A stretch of 49,737 nucleotides of DNA, filler included, from Catajapyx aquilonaris (Eukaryota), in NCBI GenBank assembly GCA_000934665.2. It is 3 parts of 3 records of this genome, joined end to end, with 100 filler letters (N's around TTAATTAATTAA, not from the genome) between each part and the next. Parts side by side here need not be neighbours in the genome. Positions count along the whole stretch, not along the records: positions 1 to 16,514 come from JYFJ02007177.1; 2 more parts are not named here. The stretch is one strand, 5' to 3'. Below, one piece after another: positions 1 to 12,600 of the stretch (positions within the stretch are counted from its first letter, which is position 1; each line of letters starts with the position of its first letter). The position numbers and the translations under genes were made by a program. A model generated the notes under the pieces. It worked only from the letters and a program-made list of their open reading frames with translations. It was not told the origin of the DNA and ran no database searches.

Positions 1-2342
1 CCACAGGAGTTGCACCTTGAACAAGATGGCGTCTTAGCGAACCATGGGACACAGAATTTATTACACTACCTTATTCGTGGAGAGTCATAGGGCTGACGGT
101 CGCGAGGAAGGGTTGTGACCTTGGACCGAAAAAATTTCCGCCTGCGGCGGGTCCTGCGCCCCCTCGGACACAATTTGCGTCCTGCTCCCCCCTAACCTAA
201 ATCCTGGCTACGCCCATGGAGCTGACCTCACTCTAATGCTTCTGAGGAACGTGTGTTCAGTATGATTAGAAAAAACAAGACCGAATTTCGAGGTAGCCTA
301 TCATTAACTGGAACACTATCATCTATTATGACTGTCAAAATTGAAAACTTAAATGCAGCCACATTTAAACCCCCTAAGGAAGTTCTTCTTACAGCCAAAA
401 AAGCTAACGTACTTTGTTATAGCTATAACAAAGTACATGCTGGTAAGTAAATGTGCCTGAAACATTCCTATAATTTGATTTTGACTTTATATGAAAATCC
501 CCCTCTCAGATGGCTAATCCCCCTCATTATGTCATTACCTCCCCCTCATTTTTGGGGGGTAGGGTTGGCAGCTCTGCCTATTTCCACTCCATACATTTTT
601 TGACCTTGACTTCACGCTTGACCTTGACAGAGTAGGGGGCAACAAAAATTAGTTTTACACTACTATTGTGATAAAGTTACTGTGCGCCAATTTTCATTTA
701 AATAAAAAAATGAGGGGTGACATTTTGAATTTTTTTTGGTTGAACTGTCCTGGAATTACCCTCCGGCTTTCATTTCACAGAAAATTCTGACGGCCGCCGA
801 ATACCCTCGGTCACTCACAGGCAGACTGCCAGTGACTGACTCTCTCTGTAGGGTGTAGGCAGGGAAAAACTCACGAATACTCATGAAGTCCCCACTGGAG
901 GATACCGCCTGTGCTTCTTTGGTTTCTGAAGAAAAAATTCAGGCCAAGAACTTTTTTGCACACCCGACTGGCTATTGGAAGAGCCTCAGCTGGAGCCAGG
1001 GCTGAGATTTGTCCGGGAGACGTTGACGTAGGATGGGTAGGAAATGAGCACCTTCAGAGCACCAGCACCTTATCAGCACATGTCAGACGCCATCTTTTCT
1101 CGTCCCAGAATTAGACGAGGGGACGGGCGAGTGGGGGCCAAGGTGGGGGCATGGTGGGGCATGGAGTCTGATGGAGTGGTAGGGTCGGGGAAGGGCGGTG
1201 GGGATCACATTTAACACAAGGAATGGTCCGGTGCTGTTTGGACTGGTTGGTTGACCTGGCAGGCACAAGGTGGTGCTGGAAGCATTGATGGCGGCGGGAG
1301 CATAGAGTAGCCGGAGCAGAGCCGGAGCGAGCGGACGGAAGAGACTGCCCGCACTGCCCTCTCACAGTAGGCTACTACAAGGAGCAGAGAATTAGTAGAG
1401 AATCTTTGCGCCACTACCCACTGTACCCAGTACCCACTTGAATTGCAACCCTGCGGACGGTATGATGTGTTCCAAAATGACCTCCTCTTTTAGTTAGTTG
1501 ATTGACAGTGATTTATTATTCCTCGCTAGGTCACAGAATCATCTTATTGTGTGACGGAAGGTGTCCGAGATAAGCTGCAGCGCACCAAAGAAGAAGAATA
1601 TGGCTGAGGCGCAACTGCCGGCGGAACCAAGGGTATGCAATCAGAAACAATGAAAAACCAGGGGTCGTGGGGCCCCTCCAACCAGGAGGAGGAGGGGGGG
1701 GGGGGGGNGGGGGGGGGGGGGGGGGAGAGAGAGAGAGAGAGAGAGTTGGAGGCCCGCGTATTACCGAAAGGTCACACTGGGCAGGTGCTCAGGCCCAAGG
1801 GGTTAACCACTCGACTGTAAAGTGTACGCTGGAGTACAGTACTTGTTACAGTTGAATCCGGATATAACAGCCTTGGCTGTAACAGACTTATGGTTATAAA
1901 GGCCGATCCCGGTATGCTTCCATAAGGCCCTGTGTATTTGACTCCTGATTTAAGGGGGCGCATTAGTAAAAAAATTCAGTAACAATCGGTAACAATGCGA
2001 GCCCTTGGCGACCACGTAAACAAACTCGCGTATGCATGGACAGCATATGGGGATTCGACATGTCTACGCTTCTGCGGCCGTGCGGCCGCAAAAATTGAGC
2101 AATGGACACAAAAGTTACACCAAAAAATAGGACATGATCTGGCGCAGGGCACCTTCGTCGTCATTTTACCATTTTCGGTCTAGAGGTGACCTTTTCATCG
2201 AGTTGAAGTGAAAGGGAAATGGCGTGAGAAATAAAAAACCTCTGCTTGGGGGTGATGCTAAACGCTTGACCGGTAGTGTAGATGCCTGGGATTTTCTTTT
2301 CTTAAATGTTGGAGCCATCGATGGTTTAAAATGCAATTTTTA

Positions 2343-2460
2343 ACCGAAGCAGGTAGGCGTAAGGGATAAGGAGTCCGCCTGCTAATCGGGAGGTCCTGGG
2401 TTCGTTTTCTTAAAAATAGGCCACAGCGGCTTCCTTCCTTCCCTATCCCTTGTCCCACAC
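2343..2460 (+). mobile_element. Internally deleted tRNA-derived SINE (same family as 23230-23505)
   Basis: accgaagcag...ggataaggagtccgcctgctaatcgggaggtcctgggttcg followed directly by ataggccacagcggcttccttcc matches the head and the 3' part of the reverse complement of 23230-23505. Confidence 0.7.
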
Positions 2461-3101
2461 AATGGTGGTAATCCACCCCCCTAAGGGAGCCAAAGGCTCG
2501 AGCACGGGGTATGATTTAAAAAATGCTATTTTAAAAAATTGAACACTTCCCCTAAAATTCTCAAATAGGTTTCATCACGCACAGCTATCAAAAATTGATG
2601 TTTTTCTGTTTTCTCTCTTATAAAGCATAGCGAATTAGAGCCAGTTTGACCATTCATTGTGTGACACAGATATTACATGTTGCATGAATATTTTGGATTA
2701 TTCATTTTGTGAGATATCCGCGGTCAAACGCAGGGCCAATTTTTTAAAATGGAGAGTAGTGGGAGGCAGATTCGGCAGTTGCATTAGTAGAAATACATGA
2801 TAAAAACAGCCTCAGCAGGGCCCCTACAAATCTCGGTGCCAAAAGAGGCCTTAATATGGCCCTGGGCTTCTTTTGCTTCTTTTTTGCTCGAGGGCCAGAC
2901 ATAATTGCACATAGATTGATAGCGCCATGATGAAAATTTCCCATTATGCAGAACACGTTTGTACAGACTTCCTTGGCGGGGAATACGAACCCGTTTCCAC
3001 ATTACCAGAGATAGTTTCGCCCTCAAATTTGCCACCCCTAAAAATTTGCTGCTCTAGGCAGTTGCCTACTTTTCCTATTGGGAAATATGGCCCTGGCTAT
3101 A

Positions 3102-3565
3102 CAGGGTGTTTTAGAGTCACGGGTCAAGCGCGCGCGAGGGGGTGGGGGAAAATGGTAGGTGGCGACTACCCGGGTCGGTTTTATAAAACAATTAGAAACA
3201 CGGCAGTAATCAATTTATTTATTACGGCGTTGCGGGTTGCACTGAAAAAGGCGCTCTCATGCTACACCGGCAGGGTACTGTGCAACGTAGTGTACTACTG
3301 TACAGTGGTGTGTTCAGTCCCCTGCCGGTGTAGCATGAGAGCGCCTTTTTCAGTGCAACCCGCAAGGCTAAAAACCTGTTCATGCAGGTTCCACCGAATG
3401 CATTTGCCTTGCATTTGCCACTCCGCGGGGTAATTTCGAATACAGAAAGGATGTGACGCCACGCCGTTCGGCCGTAATAAACAATTCTAATTGTTTTATA
3501 AAACCGACCCGGGTAGTCGCCACCTACGATTNCGCGCGCTTGACCCGTGACTCTGAAACACCCTG
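3102..3565. mobile_element. Palindromic Tc1/mariner-type MITE (CAGGGTG termini, TA TSD)
   Basis: ta|cagggtgttttagagtcacgggtcaagcgcgcg ... cgcgcgcttgacccgtgactctgaaacaccctg|ta. Long internal inverted repeats explain the mirror ORFs 2927-3433 and 3222-3587. Confidence 0.85.
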
Positions 3566-3622
3566 TAGATATATGCCCATTACACATCTCTTACCTGTTG
3601 CGTTAACATTGGCTTATTTCAG

Positions 3623-6600
3623 GCTATTCCTCAATTGCCTAGGGAACTCCTCATCCTGGTTTTCACCTACTTGCAGCAACGTGATTTGCTGTTAAGCGCA
3701 GGTCCTGTTTGCAAGAGCTGGAATGAGCTGGTGAGGCATCCTTCAGTGTGGAGGAAGGTGAAGCTGGATGGGAGGTTTGTGAATGTAGACAGAGCCAAGC
3801 TGCTACTCGAGTCGATGAAGCAACTCAGGAGATTGGAACTAGTTGAATGGCACAATGGAGGAGCAGATAAAGTCTTAATATCTGTTGTGAAGTTATTTCC
3901 AAACTTAGAATTGCTGGTCATAGATTCTTCTGACATTTGGGTTGGCAAGACACTTGAGGATGTGGCAGCCAGGTGAGTCGGGATTGACTTGGTACCGTAC
4001 TTGAGATGCAGTGCGCTAAGCAGAGATAGGGTTCCAGTATCCAATACTCCTCTCCCCTGTCCAATTTCTGCAATTAAAATGAATTGTAAATATACAAAGT
4101 TACCATAAAAGAAATAGACACTTGGAACTTTTGATAGAAACCAATGTGTTATTGATATAGTCAAAATAACTTGCATGGTTTATTCACATACGTGGACTGT
4201 TCAAAAAAACACCGAACTTTTTAAATAGGGCGTCAACCGGCATAAAGAGCGTATTGAGGCTACTGACAGCACTTAGCGACATGTCTTGACAACAAATTGC
4301 CATTTGCCACGTTCTGCTATTACCATTGGTCATCGAGATACATCCACTTAACCCTCAGACGGTGACGTGCGAAATGTTCCCTCTCCGGCGACGTGGGCAC
4401 TTTTTGTGACCAAGCCATATTTTTTGTTATATCTGGCGAAATATAGCACATTCGGGCTTCACTTTTGAGACAATCATAGTGTGATTCCTTCTACGACAAA
4501 TAGCTTTTAGTTTACATTTTTTTAGAAAATTGTGCGATCAGAAAAATATCGGAAAGAAAATCAGTCGGGGCCAACTCCCGGGGGTAGGGGGATTCCACCC
4601 CTTGGCGGCCTGGGATGCCACCGGGAGCCGCCAGACCGGATCTTGGTTAGGCCCCATCTACGCATTGCCGACTAATTTATTTTTTCCTGGTCGTGCTATT
4701 TGCTCAAAAAAATTTAAACTAAACGTCATTCATCACAGAAATAGTCAAACGAAAATGTTCTCAAAGATGAATCTCGAATGTCCTAAATTTGCCAAGTTAC
4801 AGCAAAAAAAGGGTCGTTGGTCACAAAAAGTGCCCACGTCACCGTCCGAGGGTTAAGTGAGCACGTGGACAAGCTGTTCGTCGAATTAGTGAGAAAGTGA
4901 AAATGAGAGAGCTTAAAAATCAACATATTTGTGTGAAATTTCGCTATTTTACAGAGATATTTCAATTGCTTTACCAAGCATACTGTACTTGGGAAGTGTC
5001 TCCTCGACCAAAAGAGGCACAGATCAGTCGGTCAAAGGTCAAGGTGATGTTGGTTGTGTATTTGGATTGGAAAGGCATTTTTCTTTATGAATTTGGACCA
5101 TGTTGTTAGATTGTCAGACAAACAGTGTTGTACCAGAATGTTTTAGTGCATTTGAGGGCTGCTGTGCCCAGGAAAGGGCTAAATTGTGGGAAAGCCAGAC
5201 TTGGATATTGTGCCATGGCAATGCGCCGGCTCCCACATCGCTCCTCGTCACCAGTTATCTGGCAAAACATCAGACATCTGTTGTGCCAATCTGCCTTATT
5301 CTCTGGACTTAGCCCCAGCAAACTTTTTGCTCTATTCAAAACTTAAAACCAATTTGAAATGACGTCATTTCCGAACCATAGAGGGAATTCAGGACAATGC
5401 GACAAGAGCACTGCGCGCCACCACAGAAAGTGCGTTCCAGGAAGCATTTCAACAATGGAAGAAAATATTTAAAACTGTCTATCGCCAGTAAATGGAACTA
5501 TTTTGAAGGGGACAGTGCTTAAAATGTTGCTAATTGAGCAATATAGTCTGTATAGAAAAAGTTCGTTTTTTTTAACAGCCCTTGTATATCTTTAAGTTTT
5601 TATGACTAAGTGTAAGTAAGTTACAAATGTTCTATGTGTGAGCTTTTTGTCACAGGACAGATATCAAGCGATAATGCAATTTATCCCAAACACATTGAAG
5701 CATGTCCTTGGCAACACTCATAACAGCTGTTGTGATGTATTGTTTTAGATTGTTTACACATACAGGAAGTGGAGGAACAAAAAAAATGCCTTTGATATGG
5801 GTCAATAGTGAAAAAAACATGCAATTTCAGTTCCAAAATTTGAATAAAAAAATATCCTCAAAAAATGCAATTTTTTTTTTGAAAGTAGGTCTTACCTCAG
5901 GTGTTCCCGCAAAAGTAGCGGCTGAGATCATAGACTTAAATTTTACATTTTTTTGTAAATTTTAAAAATGCTGTATCCACAGCTGTAAAAACATAGTTAA
6001 GAGTACAAAGTCTACTTGACCTTGATGAAGTAAGTGTGGCACAGGGTGTAGAACTGAACCCACCGAACCAAGTGGCTAGCACAGTCCATATTATAAGTGT
6101 AAGTACAGTAAAACTTCTATAAGTCAAATCTCCATGGGACCGGGGAAAGACTTCGAGTTAGAGAAGTTTGGAATTATTTAATCACCTAACTCTATAAGGA
6201 AGCCTACCTTTATATCCAGCGACGAAAGGTTTTCAAAACTTCAAAATAACTGTCACTATCAGACTTACAATGTTTCTCGTTGTTTTGGTGTAAAAAAAAC
6301 TCCGTGATGGACATTTGCCTACTCTTAGATTCAAGGATTCAATTGTCACAATCGAGTCAAACACTTCTTTCAGTACGTCTGGTGGACGGAGATCAGGAAA
6401 TTGAGCCTTTCTGTATGTGTGGAATACTCTCGACCCTTCGGCTGGGAAATGAGAAAATTTTCCATACTCGCCAACATGAACTTCGACTTAGGGAGACTGA
6501 AAATGTATTGATATCCCATCGTAAGGCCCTGCCAGCACTTCGAGTTATGGAGAACTTCGAGTTATAGAAATTCGAGTTAGTGAAGTTTATTTCCTATTCT

Positions 6601-9600
6601 TTTACATAGTGACCAAACAAGCTCATCATTTTCTTCGACTTATAGAGAACTTCGACTTATAGAAGTTTTACTGTAATACTTCAAATGTAATGAAACAAAA
6701 AATGTGGAAATTCAGAGTACTTGAGACCTATCCGAATGCTTACATCTGACAATAAGTAGTGTACAGTACAGTTAAGAGTGCATTAGAAACATGGTATAGA
6801 TGGTCCAAAACATTCAAATAGGTTATTAAAATCATGTTCTTGAACATCTGACTTCGCCTAGGGGTGCATGTGGATGGGTATAGTGTCCACGGAAGTGAGG
6901 AATTACCTGTTTATTCCATGTAAAACATGGTAGGTTCGGGTTACAAACTTGTCATTTGAAAGAATAAGCCCATCTTTGTACCTAACAGCACAGGGGTTCT
7001 TAACCTTTTCGGGCCTCTGCACCCCTTTGAAGACAGTTAGTCCTTATTGCACCCCCTATACCAGGGGTGATTGATTAAGTTCATAGTTAGACCAAGTCCA
7101 GAGGTGGACCTTGCTCGCACCCCCAGGGGAGCCACCTTGCACCACCTGGGGGTGTGTGCACCCCAGGTTAAGAACCACTGTAATAGCACATGTTATTAAC
7201 CCTAATAAGACGGGAGTATCCTATGATGATACGGTAGCTTTAAAAAATTCTGCTGACGAAACTAGAGCGTTTTCCACTTTTCCCACTATGTAACGTGGTT
7301 TCTGTGTGGCTTTTTAAATTTTCTCTCGCATAAAAAATCGAGAGTTTTGGACTACAAAATCGTGCATAAATAAACCGGATTAACCAGATTAACTTGAATG
7401 AAATCATCTTTTTGCAGCCGCTGAAAAAGAAAACTTCAAAAAAAAAAAAAAACCTTGACCTGCAAATTTTTGGCATACATAGTTGCCCCCAAACCTCCTC
7501 AACAGATTCCACCATAAAATTAGTGCAAAAGATGATTCAATAGTTTTAAAATAAATAAATAATGTTCGTAAATGCCAATTAGCGGCTGGCGGCACTCTGC
7601 GCAACTCCTGGCCTGCCTCCGTCTGGATGGCCCGTGCGGTTTTTGAACAGCTGTGGCGCAAGGGATGTTTACACTTGTGAGGGGTTGTTTGTTTATCACT
7701 GCTGCACGCCTGGCAGTCCTGTGACATAATTCATGCCATGTGCTTATGTACTGCTTTGTTCAGCGGTGCCAAGGCTACATACTGACAATATACTTTTTGT
7801 AAAGCAGGCAGAGTGACAAAAAACTGGAGTAGGCCCGAAACATACCCCCTGCGCCACCTTGTTACGCATCTAAGAATTTACCCCTCCATATGGCATGAGA
7901 GGAGGGTCACATAGATGGCCTCAGGATCAAGCCTGGACACTATACGAACTTATTCACTAGTTTATTTACGTCTCGTCCCCCAAGTGACAAAGAAAGCGAA
8001 TTTTTTGCAGATCCTTGCAAAAACACGAAAAACCACCCGTCTTATTAGGGTTAAGAAAAAACATGTCCTTGAACTGCTTAGTTACATTTACCAGGTGCCA
8101 CAGATGTGATGCACTGATCTCGACACTTCAATTTATCTGTCGTTAAAAGCAGAATAACATGCCTTCAAGCAACCAAACCAACAGGTTTTTTATTCAGGTT
8201 CTCAATCTGGCTGCATCGGTAAGAAAAATGACAAAAATCCTGCACATTGCTGCTTCCTGGGTGATTTTATAACAGCTTTTGTTTTAGTCCACAGACGTGA
8301 CTATAAACCTTATTGGGACAAAATTCCTCTTGCAATAAAATCGATGCCATTTGGAGCACCACTGGAAAGGTTCACCTTCATCTTCTAAAAATATCTTCTA
8401 AAAATGGACAAAACACTTGCTTCGCAATTTTTTGATTTACAAAATAAAGTTTGCACCCTATGAAAATTGGGTGGTTTCATAGGGTGGCCTTTAACATGTA
8501 TTTCCTTGCTCACTAATGCTGGCACTGGTGAATTGTTTTGGTCTACAGCATCCTGAGCACTGCCGTAATGGCATGGGGTCATTGAAAGCCTCATTTTTAT
8601 GACACATGTTACCTTAAATATTAATTAAAGACATTTTTGGAATTGTGGGCATGTTCACCCAGCCGGCCAACATCACTTTATTTGATGGTACTAAAAAAGC
8701 ACAAGTATTTTGTCTGTATCAATAATACTTTGCAGTGTGTATAAAGCATTGAAAGTGTCTATTTCTTTTATAGTAACCCTTTATAATGGTTGCCTTGTCA
8801 TAGGCTTTCACCCTTTAGGCTTTCCCCATTTAAATATCTCCCTTTATCTAACTTCTGCACTAATCATGGATTGTGATAGTGGGAGGAAATGGGAGAACCC
8901 AGAGAAAACCCATGGAAGTACATATGGAGAGAACTCATTGAATCTCTCTCCATGTTAGAAATATTGCTCTGAATGATGTTGAGATCAAAGTCAGGACCTC
9001 GGAGGTGGAATGCTGTGGCAAGGACCACTAAAGCCATCATGCCACTACTCAGGGAAACTTAAACATATGCCAGTGACAGAATATTGTTGAAACGACCTCA
9101 TTGCACTTATTTGAAAGGTGCGAATGTTTTTTTGATTGACTTGGGGATGGGATGATTAGTCTTTATTTCCACAAATGTAACATTTTTGTCTCATTGCCAT
9201 CTGCTGGTATGTGCTGAAAAATGTCAAAAGTGCACATTCATGGACTATGAGGCTCCGGGTCAAGGAGGTAGAAAGTCACGGAACTTCTACCAAAATGTCT
9301 TACTCTGGGCAAGACAGTGAACAGATATTTCCTGAAAATAATGACTTGTTGTTTTGCATGAACAATATTATTTCCTTATGTTTAGGAAATATGTGTCAGC
9401 TTCATTGGATTAAACTTCAAATGTTGGGGTTGTTGGCAAATAAATAATTAGTGCAATTTATAGCACATTTAACACACAAACTCATGTCATATTATCTTAC
9501 CCCCATAGTTTACGCGCGCCCCAAAAAAGTGGAGGGGTGGGGTAGAAAACAAAATGTGATGAAAAATCTCCGTTAAGATTATCTGGACTTTAGAATTGAT

Positions 9601-12600
9601 AATTATGAAGAGTAACAATGGAGCTAGAATGGCACCGAAGTTAAAGTTAATTTGACAGTTACCAACTGAAAAAAATATGATTACACTTTGGGCAGTGAAT
9701 TTCTGTGGGGTCTGGCAATAATTGCTGCCACTACATTAATTTGTTACATAGCAGGAGATTTATTTTAATGACGAACCTGAGGGGCCACACAAACCCAAAG
9801 ACTGAATTGAAATTAATTACAAAAAATTTGTCGCTGAATTAAAAATGTCGATATATCGTCTTAGTTTTCAGAATTTGCTACCCCTTTGCTGAACTACATT
9901 TAACATTTTTATTTATTAATAAACTAGCAGCGGTACCCGTTCTTCGCACGGGGAAAAAAAGAGCGTGGATAATTACACCGAAGTCTTCTTGTTAGATCTC
10001 AGGCAATATTAAATGCAAAACTGCTCATTCCCTATTGCATATGTAGGCACTGGAAGGGTGTAAAAATTCTGGTTTGTTTGCGTAATAAAGAGCCACGCAA
10101 CTATGGCCGTGGTTATCAGAATACAAAACGGTGGGACAGATGGAGAGAAAAACGAAGAGGAAAAAGAAGAGAGGAAAGATTGGCATCTCTCTTAGTAGTC
10201 TGTCTCGGGTCATTCCATGTCAGTTCAGTTCATCCAGCCATGTCACCCACCATCTCAGATTTTCTTGAAATTTTAACTGGGCAATCTGTGTACTGTAGAA
10301 AGTTGAAAATATTTGTACTTATGCACAGAAACCTTCCGATTCCAAATATGCTGTCAGATTTGTGCTGACGAGGTCATATCTTCACACATTAATCAATAAC
10401 ATTTGTTGGCATGACCTTGAAACTTTCACAGCTCATTCCCAAAATGTGTATCCTCCAATTTTAATGAAATTGCACCAAAAGAAAGGTCTTGAAGTCTACT
10501 TTCAGGAGGTGTAAAAATTTGTCTGTGTATTTGGGTTTTTCACCTTGATAATTGTACATTAACACTAAGGTTCAATCAACAAGACTGTTCTCTTGACACA
10601 CTCTTTCAGATTGCTATATAATTACTCCAGTATCTGGACATGATAATTTGAGTCTCATTCATTGGCCTAAAGAGGACACAATTACATTTTACAGTGTCTA
10701 TTTGGCAACACCCCACTTATACAAGTGGCAACACAGTTCCTAACTATAGCAGCATGGTGTGAAACTGGCAACATGTGGGCAGGTGAATCACTCACTCTAG
10801 ATCCTAAGTTCATCATTGTGCACCTGCACATTCAAAATGGCCAGTTCACATTGTTCAGTTGGCCTATTAGTGAATGATCCCTGCCATAAAACCAGTTATA
10901 CCAGTGTTGTTGGGGAAAAAAGTGTGTCAGAACCAGGAGATTCTTGCATTGCGAATTGGAGTACCAAAGAGCAATTTGGTCACCCTTTGCCTGCACCATG
11001 AAAAAGTGTACTTAAGCGTGTTCAAAAATGAAATTTTCCAGGTAGGTATAATTATTTTTGTAAAGACACAACACCAAAGCAAAACCAGCAAAACTTATTT
11101 CAACTTACATGTTATAAGTCACTTATTTCCTTTTTCGTGAAATTACACCAAGCAGCTTCGATGTCCTTGGACAACACCCATGACAGTTGGTATTGCCTTC
11201 CAGTTGCAGTAGTAGGCATTCCTACCACAACATAGCACATGTTGCACTGTAACCCAGCACTTATCATCAGGATTTGGCCAATAGTAGGATCTTGCTGGGC
11301 CATGTGGATGCATAAAAATTTCACATATACATCACCCTCAAAGTCATGTTTTTCCATTTCATCCACAACCCCAAGATACCAATGGTGATCGTAAACACAT
11401 GCAACAATAGAGTTCACTTGCATGGTGCAGGCAAAGGGTGACCAAATTGCTCTTTGGTACTCCAATTCGCAATGCAAGAATCTCCTGGTTCAAACACACT
11501 TTTTTCCCCAACAACACTGGTATAACTGGTTTTATGGCAGGGGATCATTCACTAATAGGCCAACTGAACAATGTGAACTGGCCATTTTGAATGTGCAGGT
11601 GCACAATGATGAACTTAGGATCTAGAGTGAGTGATTCACCTGCCCACATGTTGCCAGTTTCACACCATGCTACTATAGTTAGGAACTGTGTTGCCACTTG
11701 TATAAGTGGGGTGTTGCCAAATAGACACTGTAAAATGTAATTGTGTCCTCTTTAGGCCAATGAATGAGACTCAAATTATCATGTCCAGATACTGGAGTAA
11801 TTATACAGGGTGTAAATGAATTCAATCGACAAACTTGTAGGGGTAATAGAGGGGACCAAGACAAGTATTTTTGACATAGGAACCCGTGTCCGGAAACGCC
11901 ATCTAGAGGGGGTTCATAGACAAGGAACGGGTGTGCTCAGACGTGTCAGGAGGGAGGCGCTAGGCGAGCGGACTGTTTTGTTGATAGAGGACGCGCAGTT
12001 GTTGCCAGGTTATGGCATATCGCGTCGTCGTAAGCAAACAATGACGTGATACGCCATAACATGGCAACAACAGAACCAGTGTTTACTCTCCACGCGTTTC
12101 CTAGGAGGCGTACTTTAGTTGCTAGATGGCTCTGTTGTTGCCAGGTTATGGCACATCTCACCTTTGTTTACTATCCGAGCGCCATCTATCAACAAATCAG
12201 TCCGCTCGCCTAGAGCCTCCCGCGTGGAGCGTCTGAGCGCACCCGTTCCTCGTCTATGAACCCCCTCTAGATGGCGTTTCCGGACACGGGTTCTTATGTC
12301 AAAAATACTTGTCTTGGTCCCCTCTATTACCCCTACAAGTTTGTCGATTGAATTCATTTACACCCTGTATAGCAATCTGAAAGAGTGTGTCAAGAGAACA
12401 GTCTTGTTGATTGACTGTTGATTGAACCTTTGTGTTAATGTACCATTATCAAGGTGAAAAACCGAAATACACAGACAAATTTTTACACCTCCTGAAAGTA
12501 GACTTCAAGGCATTTCTTTTGGTGCAATTTCATTAAAATTGGAGGATACACATTTTGGGAATGAGCTGTGAAAGTTTCAAGGTCATGCCAACAAATGTTA

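Noticed and set aside
900..1860. GC-rich stretch with several short overlapping ORFs
   Set aside because: No recognisable domain or consistent splice pattern, and it includes low-complexity G and GA runs. Probably decayed repeat sequence.
2331..2360. ATG...GCAG|gtagg as the first exon of the F-box gene
   Set aside because: The phase does not match the 3623 acceptor, and the apparent donor lies within a SINE head.
11816..12357. Twin ORFs MNSIDKLVGVIEGTKT... on opposite strands (also 2927-3587 and 10816-11625)
   Set aside because: They are mirror translations of palindromic MITE or foldback arms, not gene pairs.
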